Origin: Antedon mediterranea
Taxonomy: Eukaryota > Animalia > Echinodermata
Length of the DNA stretch: 64,000 bases
Assembly: GCF_964355755.1 (NCBI RefSeq)
Contig: NC_092670.1
Location: 31,794,388 to 31,858,387 of the forward strand
Direction of reading: 5' to 3'
Each line of letters starts with the position of its first letter. Within the stretch, counting starts at the first letter, position 1. The position numbers and the translations under genes are program-made. Of this stretch, positions 1 to 11,594 are shown one piece after another. The notes under the pieces were generated by a model. That model ran no database searches. It was not told the DNA's origin and worked only from the letters and a program-made list of their open reading frames with translations.

Positions 1-3000
1 TTAAAGATGTCATCATAGTAAAAAATTATAATTCATTTCGGTATGTAATAATCTATTTGCATCAAAGTGGTTACTGCATAGTAAATACACGGAGGAATCT
101 TTCTACAAATTTTAGTCAGTTGTGTATGGCTCGGTGGTCTGTGCTCGTGTCTATGGCATTCAAGGTACCGAGATCGAGTCTCACCTTGGGAAACGAAATA
201 AGATTTTTTTTTTATTATCCGTATTGTTTGTTCAAATTTATTTCTTAGTGTATAGATTATACACATGATTTATAATGAAATCTAGATAAAAATTAACTTA
301 TGTCTTTATTATTATGTAACAACAAATGTGGTTTATGACATTATACGCATATGGATCTTTGATCGGATTGTGATACCGGCTATGGTGTTCGCGTTAGCAA
401 GGTACTAGGTCCTATCATATATTATAAATAATTAAAGATTCTGAGAAAATCAATCAATCAATATATCTTTAAAAAATCAATTATCTTTATTTAAATCAAT
501 GCATATAACCTATAATTCGTCATAGTGACGAATTAAATCTAGTTTATTTATTTATTTATTTATTCTTTCCTTAGCACTATTTTGTCCGTGCATTATCTTG
601 GCATCAGTTTAATCTAGCTAAGTCAAGTTTTCAGAGTATATTCCTCATTGCCAGGAATCGATGTGGTTATATTTTCACGATGCGTAATCAAAAATTACGA
701 GGTCTACGCGCGATTTTACGAAATCACGTTTGTAATCATATCTTCACAAGCATGAATCACAATTAAACAAAATTTGGTACTCATAAATTTCAGGTCATAT
801 TTCATCATATGGCAATACAATTACGTGCGTAGCGCATATAACGCTTGCGTACGCGCGCTTAAAATGTTCAAAATTGTCAAAATTTATTTTCGATGAAATT
901 AGAGTACGTTTCAGGCAATTTTAAGCGTTTAAAAAATTGCCATGAGTGCGCAGATTTTTGCACGCGCACTGCGCGTTATACGGTAATGCGCACTCTTTTT
1001 GTCCGATTTCGGTTGTACAACCTTTCTTTAATAATATCATCATATTTTATTCACTTTTCAACGCGTAATTGCCTTATACGAGCACGTCAAAAGTGACAGG
1101 CTACGCACGTGTAAGTTAACAAAATGGTGAAAATATGCTAAATTTTAAAATTAATATAGATCGTCAGAATGCTCGGGAACACATATTTTTTATTTAATTT
1201 TCTTGAAGTGTATGTATCTTATGTATGATTTATTATTAAACTAAGGGAACAAAAGTTGATTAAGCCATAATTAATTGCATATTAAATTAAAAAAAATTCA
1301 TTTCGACAATCAAACAAATTATGACATTTTCTTAGGCCAAAATAACAAACTTAACATTAACTTTCTTCCTTCAAAAGTTCATATATTAAAGTTAAAAGTA
1401 TATAGTTTGACAGTGCATCATTTTTGTACATTTTTAGAGATGTCATCATAGTAAAAAATTATAATTCATTGCGGTATGTAATAATCTATCTGCACCAAAG
1501 TGGTTACTGCATAGTAAATACACGGAGGAATTTTTCTACAATTTTTAGTCAGTTGTGTATGGCTCGGTGGTGTGTGCTCGTGTCTATGGCACTCAAGGTA
1601 CCGAGATCGAGTCTCACCTTGGGAAACGAAATAAATTTTTTTTTTTATTATCCGTATTGTTTGTTCAAATTTATTTCTTAGTGTATATATTATACACATG
1701 ATTTATAATGAAATCTAGATAAAAAATAACTTATGTCTTTATTATTATGTAACAGCAAATGTGGTTTATGACATTATACGCAGAGGGATCTTTGATCGGA
1801 TTGTGATACCGGCTATTGTATTCGCGTTAGCAAGGTCCTATCATATATTATATATTATTTAAAGAATCTGAAAAAATCAATGAATCAAAATATCTTTTAA
1901 AAATAAATTATCTTTATTTTAATTATCAATGCATATAACCTATAATTCGTCATAGTGACGAATTAAATCTAGTTTATTTATTCTTTCCTTAGCACTATTT
2001 TGTCCGTGAATTATCTTGATATCAGTTTCATCTATCTAAGTCAATTTTTCAGAGTATATTCCTTATGGCCAGGAATCGATGTGGTTATATTTTCACGATG
2101 CGTAATCAAAAATTACGCGGTCTACGCGCGATTTTACGAAATCACGTTTGTAATCATATCTTCACAAGCATGAATCACAATTAAACAAAATTTGGTACTC
2201 ATAAATTTCAGGTCATATTTCATCATATGGCAATACAATTACGTGCGTAGCGCATATAACGCTTGCGTACGCGCGCTTAAAATGTTCAAAATTGTCAAAA
2301 TTTATTTTCGATGAAATTAGAGTACGTTTCAGGCAATTTTAAGCGTTTAAAAAATTGCCATGAGTGCGCAGATTTTTGCACGCGCACTGCGCGTTATACG
2401 TTAATGCGCACTCTTTTTGTCCGATTTCGGTTGTACAACCTTTCTTTAATAATATCATCATATTTTATTCACTTTTCAACACGTAATTGCCTTATACGAG
2501 CACGTCAAAAGTGACAGGCTACGCACGTGTAAGTTAACAAAATGGTGAAAATATGCTAAATTTTAAAATTAATATATATCGTCAGAATGCAGGGGAACAC
2601 CTATTTTTTATTTCATTTTCTTGAAGTGTATGTATCATATGTATGATTTATTATCAAATTAAGAGAACAAAAGTTGATTAAGTCATCATTAATTGCATAT
2701 TAAATTTAAAAAAAATAATTTCGACAATCAAACAAATTATGACATTTTCTTAGGCCAAAATAACAAACTTAACATTAACTTTCTTCCTTCAAAAGTTCAT
2801 ATATTAAAGTTAAAAGTATGTAGTTTGACAGTGCATCATTTGTTTACATTTTAAAGATGTCATCATAGTAAAAAATTATAATTCATTTCGATATGTAATA
2901 ATCTATTTGCATCAAAGTGGTTACTGCATAGTAAATACACGGAGGAATTTTTCTACAACTTTTAGTCAGTTGTGTATGGCTCGATGGTCTGTGCTCGTGT

Positions 3001-3368
3001 CTATGGCATTCAAGGTACCGAGATCGAGTCTCACCTTGGGAAACGAAATAAGATTTTTTTTTATTATCCGTATTGTTTGTTCAAATTTATTTCTTAGTGT
3101 ATAGATTATACACATGATGTATAATGAAATCTAGATAAAAATTAACTTATGTCTTTATTATTATGTAACAACAAATGTGGTTTATGACATTATACGCATA
3201 TGGATCGGATTGTGATACCGGCTATGGTGTTCGCGTTAGCAAGGTCCTATCATATAATTAAAGATTCTGAGAAAATCAATAAATCAATATATCTTTTAAA
3301 AATCAATTATCTTTATTTAAATCAATGCATATAACCTATAATTCGTCATAGTGACGAATTAAATCTAG
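1..3368 (+). mobile_element. Head-to-tail tandem array of a ~1.4 kb non-autonomous Helitron-like unit (partial unit 1-542, full units 543-1972 and 1973-3368); continues upstream of the window
   Basis: Near-identical units, each ending in the hairpin TAATTCGTCA-TAG-TGACGAATTA followed by AATCTAG|T (CTAG at 539-542, 1969-1972, 3365-3368). The sequence after 3368 matches the paralogous intron at ~22940, which lacks the array. No Rep/helicase ORF. Confidence 0.8.
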
Positions 3369-3599
3369 TTATGTTTTGCTGTTATATATTTCGGAATACA
3401 TAACTTTTTATATCTACCAGTTCGGATGTAAAGGGATCTAATACGGACTAATGATTGGAGAAATTCGTATTCCAATAAGGGATGAGACGGTTGTACGAGT
3501 ATACGCTCTACCATTTTAAGGATCGCAGCTACATATTTAGACTTGATGTCGCACACGTTTAACTTTGCTATATTTATTAGATTTTTTATGGATTCTCCC

Positions 3600-3799
3600 T
3601 TAAGCCTGTTTTCCTGTCGACGTTAGTCGACGCTATCGTTAACAATAATCGGCGATCTTCTTGAAATGTTAATGATTTACAGGAAAAGGTACTCGCTACC
3701 GTTATCATTTCAACTTGATCGTTTTCAAACGATCGTCGTTGAACTATTAACGATCAACGACGATAGCGTCGAATAACGTCGACAGGAAAACAGGCTTAA
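3600..3799. mobile_element. ~190 bp MITE with long terminal inverted repeats
   Basis: GCCTGTTTTCCTGTCGACGTTA... and ...TAACGTCGACAGGAAAACAGGC, with TTAA on both sides. Absent from the paralog at ~23175. Confidence 0.85.
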
Positions 3800-4186
3800 G
3801 AGACCCATGTAATTAGCTGTAAGACTATCGCCCAAGATTATAAAACAAAATCACACTGGATATCATCGAGTTATAATACAATTCTATAATTTTTTGGATC
3901 AATATTAAATTTACGTAATTGTCCTTTTTTATATAGGTAAAGTTTATTGGGGTCCAATTAGGTTTAACGTCCAAGACAGTACCTAAATATTTTTGGTTAA
4001 ACCAGTTGACAAGTACTTACTTGCTACGTTTCAGCTACTTTCAGTAGCCTTGGTCACGCAAATGACGTTGACATGATGTTCTGTCATTCGTTTTAGTTAT
4101 TTATTTACAGTTATCAGTCTCGCGTTGCGCACGATTCGAAAATAAAATAAAAACATGCATGTGCACGATATTGTAGATGTATTTAA

Positions 4187-4465
4187 AGATGTATTGTCCC
4201 CCCAAAACATGAAAAATGAAGATTAGTAAAATCAAACTTCGAATATGTTATTTTGTAGTTTTAATAAAGGTAATCACTTCTATAGAAAAAAAAAATGTTT
4301 TCACTTTTGACCATTTCTTTGCTTTAAATTACATTTTTTCAGGTAAAATGCATTTTTTTTCCGATCAAATTTTCCGGTAAAGTGGATGACTATTATGTTA
4401 CATTAAAATAGAATATTCAACACAATTTTTTTAAAGAATTATTTTTTCAGGGGGACAATACATCT
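4187..4465. mobile_element. Kolobok-like MITE (AG..CT ends, TTAA target duplication)
   Basis: TTAA|AGATGTATTGTCCCC ... GGGGACAATACATCT|TTAA. Related copies at ~17085-17390, ~32110-32445, 53462-53780, ~59360-59600 and a terminus at ~63960. Confidence 0.8.
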
Positions 4466-4862
4466 TTAAGTATTGTACAGCCTATTAATTGTATACAGTA
4501 CACTCTATACACTAGTATTGTTATGATAAGCTAAGTTTCGGTGATTGATAGAACGTACTATTAACCATGGATGAACAAAACAAATCATACCAACACTATA
4601 ACCCCAGAGGCGCTAACCATCACCAGAACCCTTAAATTAGTTTATTGTATTTATGTATCTACATGAGAATATAAGTAAAACTCACTTTTGAATCATAAAA
4701 AAAGACCTGAGTAACTACCAACAAATATAATATAATATAATAAATATATTGTATATTTTTACAATTGGAACATCAACAATTCATGTCTACACTTATTATA
4801 ATTCCTTAGATGTTCATAATACCGATAGAAAACATTTATCCCTGTTCTAATTCGTTTTTTAG

Positions 4863-5000
4863 ACTGGGATCCTGTTGAACCCAACGACGGCGGACCAAAA
4901 GGAGGAGAAGATTGTGCTACACTGTATAAACCTACGAATGGTAATTGGTATGATAACACGTGTGCAGCAAAGATGTGGGTAGCTGCTATATGTGAAAAGT
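4863..5000 (+). CDS. CTL-HYR gene copy A: exon encoding the C-terminal half of a C-type lectin domain
   Basis: AG/GT-bounded, phase 1-1. Translates (N)WDPVEPNDGGPKGGEDCATLYKPTNGNWYDNTCAAKMWVAAICEK, with EPN, EDC, WxD and final C motifs. The upstream exon is not in this window. Confidence 0.88.
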
Positions 5001-5102
5001 GTAAGTGATAATATATTGCATTTAGTAGATTCACATCACATTGATAAAACAATATTTTATATCAGTTTTGCCAACTATGATATTATCAATAATTTTCTCC
5101 AG

Positions 5103-5354
5103 ATATTGACAAACCAAATATGAGGTGTCCGTCTAATGAGACCATAGACACTGATTTAGGCAAGGCGTCTGTGAATGTAAATTATTCAGTGACGGTAGAG
5201 GAGTTCTTTGTTGACTTTGTTACAATTATACCGAACCCTGTCAACATATTTCCTGGTGATCTAAATATTGGGAAACATCATTTTTACTTTGAAGTTTACG
5301 ATCATTACAATATTGATTATATAACGTCTTGTACGTTTACAATAATTGTTAAAG
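5103..5354 (+). CDS. CTL-HYR gene copy A: HYR (hyalin repeat) exon 1
   Basis: Phase 1-1, 252 nt: IDKPNMRCPSNETIDTD...SCTFTIIVK, matching the HYR pattern DxxxPxxxCP...CxFxVxV. Confidence 0.88.
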
Positions 5355-5853
5355 GTTAGTGTATATGATATTAAAATGAATGTTATGCTTATTAGAATGT
5401 GACCTGCGCATGCGTACATTGGAAACCCCAATTGAATATTACGAACAGTCCCTGTGCTAAGAGCAATATAAAGAGTTACGGCATTCCGTTTTGGAATTCT
5501 AGAAAGTCACGTGGTATACTACCGGCCATCTTTGTGCCCAACTATTCCAATGTAGAGTGTGGAGTTAATCATTTGTTATAACAATGCGTATATAGTTCAC
5601 AAGGCCTAACTATCAAATTTAATGTCAAAACAATCAATTTATTTAAAGGTTTTTGTAGGTAATAACGAAATTATTTAAGTTATTGAACATGACTTTAAGC
5701 ATCATGATAAAAAGGCAATGCATTAATCAATAGGACACTGATTAAAATGCGCAAGTATGGCGAGCGCGCAATATTTTGTTATTTAATAATAATATATTTA
5801 TCATTTGTGAGGATGTACGTATATTTAAATCGAGCAATTTGTCTGTTTCTTAG

Positions 5854-6108
5854 ATACCGAAAAGCCCGTTTTGACCTGCCCGGCTGACAATTTGACTGTA
5901 GTGACTGATTTTGGTATACCAACGGCCACCGTTGACTATTCAGCGGACATCAATGCAACTGACAACTCAGACGAACCATTGGAAATCTCCCCGAATCCAG
6001 TAGATGTATTTCCCGTTTTTCTTGCGATTGGAAGTCACCTGTTTGTGTTCAATGTTACAGATGCTTATAACAATAGAGGAAGCTGCAATTTTACCGTAAC
6101 GGTTGAAG
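5854..6108 (+). CDS. CTL-HYR gene copy A: HYR exon 2
   Basis: Phase 1-1, 255 nt: DTEKPVLTCPADNLTVVTD...ATDNS...DAYNNRGSCNFTVTVE. Confidence 0.9.
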
Positions 6109-6221
6109 GTTTGTGAAATACAATACATCATTGTGACAGCCACTTCCGTTTAAAAATACAGATTGATACTGACTAATGCGCACTTTGAAATGTCCATAAT
6201 GTTTTGCTAATTGTTTGACAG

Positions 6222-6470
6222 ATACGGAATCCCCTACAGTGGAATGTCCTGCAAATGTAACTATAGAAACGACCACAGTCTCCATATCAGTTGACTACTC
6301 CACCGATATAACTGCAGCAGCAAATGACAACTCAAACGACTTTGTTGTATCACCAGTTCCTAATTCAATATTCCCATCTAATATTGGAGTAGGAGTACAT
6401 GTGTATACGTTTACAGTTAAAGACTCATCCAACAATTCAAACAGTTGTACGTTTACAATAAACGTTGAAC
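6222..6470 (+). CDS. CTL-HYR gene copy A: HYR exon 3
   Basis: Phase 1-1, 249 nt: DTESPTVECPANVTIET...DSSNNSNSCTFTINVE, with a GTAAGT donor. Confidence 0.9.
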
Positions 6471-6953
6471 GTAAGTTGATTTCTATTCTTAGATATCTAC
6501 AAAACAATTAAAAACACATACTACTTACGTAACAAGTGGTACTTTGTGGTTACTATCTTAAATACAGGGCGCCTGATAAAGAGGTCAGGAATGACTTATT
6601 AATTGCATATTATTATCTCATTGAATTAATAAACTAGTGGTGGCTTCACCTTTTTTGGTAAATTTGTTTAACATAAAATTTATAAAATACTACAGTCTTA
6701 CTGTAGCTGCGATTTCAAATAGTTTGGCAACATTGCTCCTTTTCTACTTAAAGTAGCTTTTTTCAGTAAATGTATAGACAACGTTAATATTAACGACTTA
6801 TCCTATTTCACATATGAATATCACACTAGATATCAGAAGCCAGTTTGTGCATCAATTAGTTATTATTACATATTTTGTGTCATGAACAAAAATTAATAGG
6901 ATTTATTAATTACCTCCATTGTATAATATAAACGCACTGTTATCTCACTACAG

Positions 6954-7223
6954 CAAGTCTTCTTCATCTTCACACGCCGGTATTGATTTGTCCATCTGAC
7001 AATACCATACATACTGACGCCGGATATCCAACTGCATCTGTTGACTACTCCGACTCAGTATTTGTAAATGGAAGCGTACTGACAATAGACGGAATGGACA
7101 TCTTACCGATTCCTTCTGAAGAATTTCCTGTGAAACTCGGCATTGGAAAACATGAATTCAAGTTCAACTATACTGATGAATTTGAAAAAAATGGAAATTG
7201 TTCCTTTGAAATCAATGTCGAAG
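6954..7223 (+). CDS. CTL-HYR gene copy A: HYR exon 4
   Basis: Phase 1-1, 270 nt: ...HTPVLICPSDNTIHTDAG...NGNCSFEINVE. Confidence 0.85.
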
Positions 7224-7646
7224 GTCAGAATGGTCACTTTTAATTATGCATTCTGTTTGTTTCCTTATTATTCATTTAATTCGTATGCAAAAATGAGTGA
7301 ATTTATTTATCGTAACATTATTAAAGTCAATTTTCAAATTATATTGATTGGAAATTATGTCTCTATAATTGCAAATACGCTCTGAATATAATGTACTTTG
7401 TAATACGAATATTGCTAACACAAAATTATGGTCATAATAGGCTATAAGTCTTAACAAGAACTCGTGTTTCTTTAATATAAATTGTACATTCCTACACGTG
7501 TAACATTTTGGGTATTTCTCTTTGATTAATATTTCTTAAAGTAATTAACGATAACAATATCAAATTGAACCATAGACAATGATGATACGACAATGCTATG
7601 AACTTATGTGTTGTACCATACGTAGTTAATCAATGTAAATATTGAA

Positions 7647-8941
7647 TCTATATATAAATTTACGTAAGGGCAAAAATCGGTAAATCGCGCGTTATTTCTA
7701 GAATGTTTACTCGATGGTATATAAAGTTGGTTCGTACTTTCGGTACTGATTTTAACCACCTGATGTAACCCTGTTTACTAATTAAATTGAGTTCGATTAT
7801 TAGTTATTGACGATTAAAACGAATTTAGGTTCAACGATTTGCCCCAAATAGGGGTGTTTTCCGATCGTGGTATACACTGTCTAATGGATGTCAATTTGAA
7901 AAATACCCGCACACAATAATACGAGGACACTTCGCATTTTCCTATCTCCTCCTACGATAATTGTTTTTAATAGCTGAAAACCGGTTGAACAGTTCGAGTA
8001 CAGCATCATAATGTTGAAGACAGGCCGATTTTCTTTAAAAAATGCTATTTTGATACATGTAATATACGTTTTTACAAATGAATTGATTTGTGATGAATGG
8101 AACATTCCAAATTATTTGGTTTAACCATAGAGGTATAGATTTAGATTTATGGGCCCCCCCTTGGAGAATAAACATAAATAGTATTGCAATGCGGTACAAT
8201 ACTGTTAAGGTATTAACCACTTTTGATCGCAATTTGAATCGCAAATTTCTTACTGTTAGTGTTGGTACTGTTAGATATAATATAAACAAATATACAAATA
8301 AACTTTATTACTGTGAGTGTGGGTAGGCCCTACTGTTAGATTATAAACATATAATATACAAATAAATAAACGTTATTACTGACAGTTGCTTCTCAACGTT
8401 TGTATTAATTAATAATTTAAAAATATATAAACGTACGTAGTGGTGTATCGTTACATGTACTTTACTATTTCAATCGACTATGACAGTGAGAGTTTTAACA
8501 AAGTATTAAATCGTAAATGTTTTACTGTATTTAGTGGTATATTATTTATAGGCCTATAAAACATTAAAAACAATATTTCGTTACTGAGTGGATAAGAATA
8601 TATTTTAAAATGTTTCCTCTTTGTACCTATCTTCTTCCCCCATACCTCAACCCTTAATGTTACATACAAAACAAAAATTGGGTTTGTTTAAATGAGTCCA
8701 AATAAAAAAAATTGACTCATTTTGTTTCTCTCTCGGAAGTAATTCCCAGGGTGCTAATTTTAGCTGACTACATAAATCACCGTGTATATTTATTCGTTTC
8801 TGTAAACGACAATGTATTATAGTCCTGCAGTACGTACATTTGAAATCTCCATTTTTTTCTCGCTGGAAAATACTGTGTATTCGAGAACCATCTGTGGGCA
8901 CAACCTAGATGGTACGCGAGCGAAGCGAGCGTGCCATCTAG
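7647..8941 (+). mobile_element. Non-autonomous Helitron, 1295 bp
   Basis: Starts TCTATATATAA and ends in a GC-rich hairpin CTAGATGGTACGC-GAGCGAAGCGA-GCGTGCCATCTAG. Inserted between A and T with no TSD; the empty site ATTGAA|TGTAATGAATTAGCAC is in the paralog at ~24388. Confidence 0.9.
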
Positions 8942-8979
8942 TTTAAGGAATTAGCACAAATATAATTGCATTCACAGAG

Positions 8980-9460
8980 TAATGTAATTCGAGGACCCGC
9001 ATTAAACCTTTTTAAAAGCCATCTCACTAACCGCTCCCAATGCACTAGATATAACTCTATTTCCAATGTTTGTCCTATCACCTGTGGCGACCCCCAAGGC
9101 TCCTTACTTGGCCTACTTCTGTCCACCATTTACACAATGATGTCCACCGAACCCCAAACTTGCTTAATATTTTATTTATGCAGATGATACTACAGTTGTT
9201 AAAAAATATTAAAACACTTTTTGACACCTTTAATACCAATGTTATCACCTTGTCCCAGTACTTTGCTGCTAACAAACATAACAAATGTATAGCTACTTTT
9301 TGGAACCCCACAATTCACCACTTAAAATCTTTATTGGCAATCATGAAATGCCACCAGTAAAGACTATTAGATTTCTTGGCGTTACCATTGGCAACATCCT
9401 CTCATGAAAAACCCATATCCAAGAAACTGACAACAAAGTGTCCAAGAACCTTATCGAAAG
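8980..9460 (+). pseudogene. Degenerate non-LTR retrotransposon reverse transcriptase fragment
   Basis: IRGPALNLFKSHLTNRSQ...ITCGDPQGSLLG and YADDT motifs in shifted frames with stops. Duplicated at ~25050-25530. Confidence 0.8.
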
Positions 9461-9639
9461 ACAAACCATGGTTCAGAAATGGAATAATGAAAGAACATAC
9501 TTATTTTCTATGCAAAAATCACAAGATAGATAGATCTAAAGCATAACATCTAAAGGCAAACCGAGAAAAATTTTTCATCACTGACAACAAATATAGATAA
9601 AGTTTATTCACGCCTGTCATTTTATTTTATTAACGGTAG

Positions 9640-9763
9640 CCAAGACATATATACAAAAGGAATCCCAGTGTCGAATATCAACTGTTACAAGCAGATTCAC
9701 TAAGATGGAAGTTTCGATCCACGATGATCCATCAAAGAACCTGCAAGATCTTCAATGCAAGAG
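9640..9763 (+). CDS. Candidate further exon of CTL-HYR gene copy A (unknown domain)
   Basis: AG acceptor and GTGAGT donor. Open in the phase-1 frame required by HYR exon 4: AKTYIQKESQCRISTVTSRFTKMEVSIHDDPSKNLQDLQCK. No recognised domain. Confidence 0.45.
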
Positions 9764-9853
9764 GTGAGTTTTCAGACCTATGCTTTTTGTATTATTATGT
9801 TTTTGGAACGTTTTACCTGACAATTTCTAGGAAAGTCATTTTAACGTAGATAA

Positions 9854-11297
9854 TCTATATATAAACTTACGTAAGGGCAAAATTCGGTAAATCTCGGTTT
9901 ATTTCTAGAATTTCTACTCGATGGTATATAAAGTTGGTTCATACTTTCGGTATTGATTTTAACCATCTGATGTAACCCTGTTTACTAATTAAATTGAGTT
10001 AGGTAATTAGTTATTGACGATTAAAACGAATTTAGGTTCAACGATTTTCCCCAAATAGGGGTGTTTTCCGATCGTGGTATACACTGTCTAATGGATGTCC
10101 ATCTTGAAAAATACCCGCCACAAAAATACGAGGAGGCTTCGCATTTTCCTATCTCCTCCTACGATAATTGTTTTTAATAGCTGAAAACTGGTTGAACAGC
10201 TAGAGTACAGCATCATAATGTTGAAGACAGGCCGATTTTCTTTAAAAAAATACTATTTTGATAGATTTAATATACGATTATACTAATGTATTGATTTGCG
10301 ATGAATGGAACATTCCAATCTCTGTTTCACAAGTGTCTATTCCCTCAGGCGTCGTCGTAAAGGCAAGTACAGCACTGTATACTCGAAATTCGATCCATTT
10401 TTGTTTTCAATCTGTGCTGCAGAGGTTGGATATAATTTTTTTTTTAACGGATAATGAGCTAGCGTTTTCACTCGCCGTATATTATGTACAAATCTTTATT
10501 ATTGCAGTTAAACCACCCACATCATCACCTTTCCCTCACTGGCATGAGTAGCGTTGTAAAACCAGTAGAGAATAGGCCTACGGTACATCACATGCCCTAA
10601 ACGCAGAACAACTTTGGTGGGTAGGGTAGGAACCAACTTAAGTATAAATTGGCTCTAAGAAACAATTGAAAACCATTAGGCCTACTAATTAAGTTGAGTT
10701 AGATAATTTAATATTTATTGAAGATTAAATCGAATTTATGATTTTCTCCGAATAGAGGTGGTTTTCACAAATTGTTTTACATTATATTATAAACATATAC
10801 ACGTCGTAGTGATGTATCGTTACATGTGCTGTACTATTTCAATCGACTAGGACGGTGATAGTTTCAACAAAGTATTACATCGCAATGTTTTACTGTGTTT
10901 AGTGGTATACTATTTGTAAAACATGAAAGCAATTAATATTTCGTTACTAAATGGATAAAGAATATATTTTAACATTGTTCCTCTTTGCACCCATCCTCTT
11001 CCCCATCCCTCAACCCTAATGTTACATACAAAACACAAATTAAGTTTGTTTAAATTTGACTTAAACAATTGGTCTTATTTTGTGACAAGTTTCTTTTTCG
11101 GAAGTAATAGGGTGCTAATTTTAGTTGAGTACATAAATCACAGTGTCTATTTATTCGTTCCTGTACACGACATGTATTGTCCTGCGGTACGTACATTTGA
11201 AATCGCCAGTTTTTTAACGCTGAAATTATTATGTATTCGAGAACCAACTGTGGGCACGACCTAGATGGTACGCGAGCGAAGCGAGCGTACCATCCAT
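9854..11297 (+). mobile_element. Second copy of the non-autonomous Helitron, with a different interior and a degenerate 3' CTAG
   Basis: A|TCTATATATAAACTTACGTAAGGGCAAAA start and the same 3' hairpin (CTAGATGGTACGCGAGCGAAGCGAGCGTACCATC) at 11261-11294. Confidence 0.82.
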
Positions 11298-11594
11298 AAC
11301 AACTGTATAATATAATTTAAGATTCAATGTAATAGAAGTACACTGTTTCCAGACGATTAGCTGATTTTGCCATCTAATCATCAAATGTCTGATTTCATTC
11401 CTGAAATGACAGTTACAAAGGTTAAAAAAAGTTGATTCGACGCTGATTTATCTAGCAAGCAAAAATCGACTCCTTGAAAATATTAGATTTTGAATAAATA
11501 AATAAATAAAAATAGAATAAATAAATAAATTTATTTTCTTTTTTCTTTTTTTTTCTCTTTCAATGTAAGCAAAAATACAAATTTAAATATAAAT

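Noticed and set aside
33-3104. Recurrent short ORFs in the 1.4 kb units
   Set aside because: No recognisable motifs; they recur only because the unit is repeated, and one is frameshifted in unit 3.
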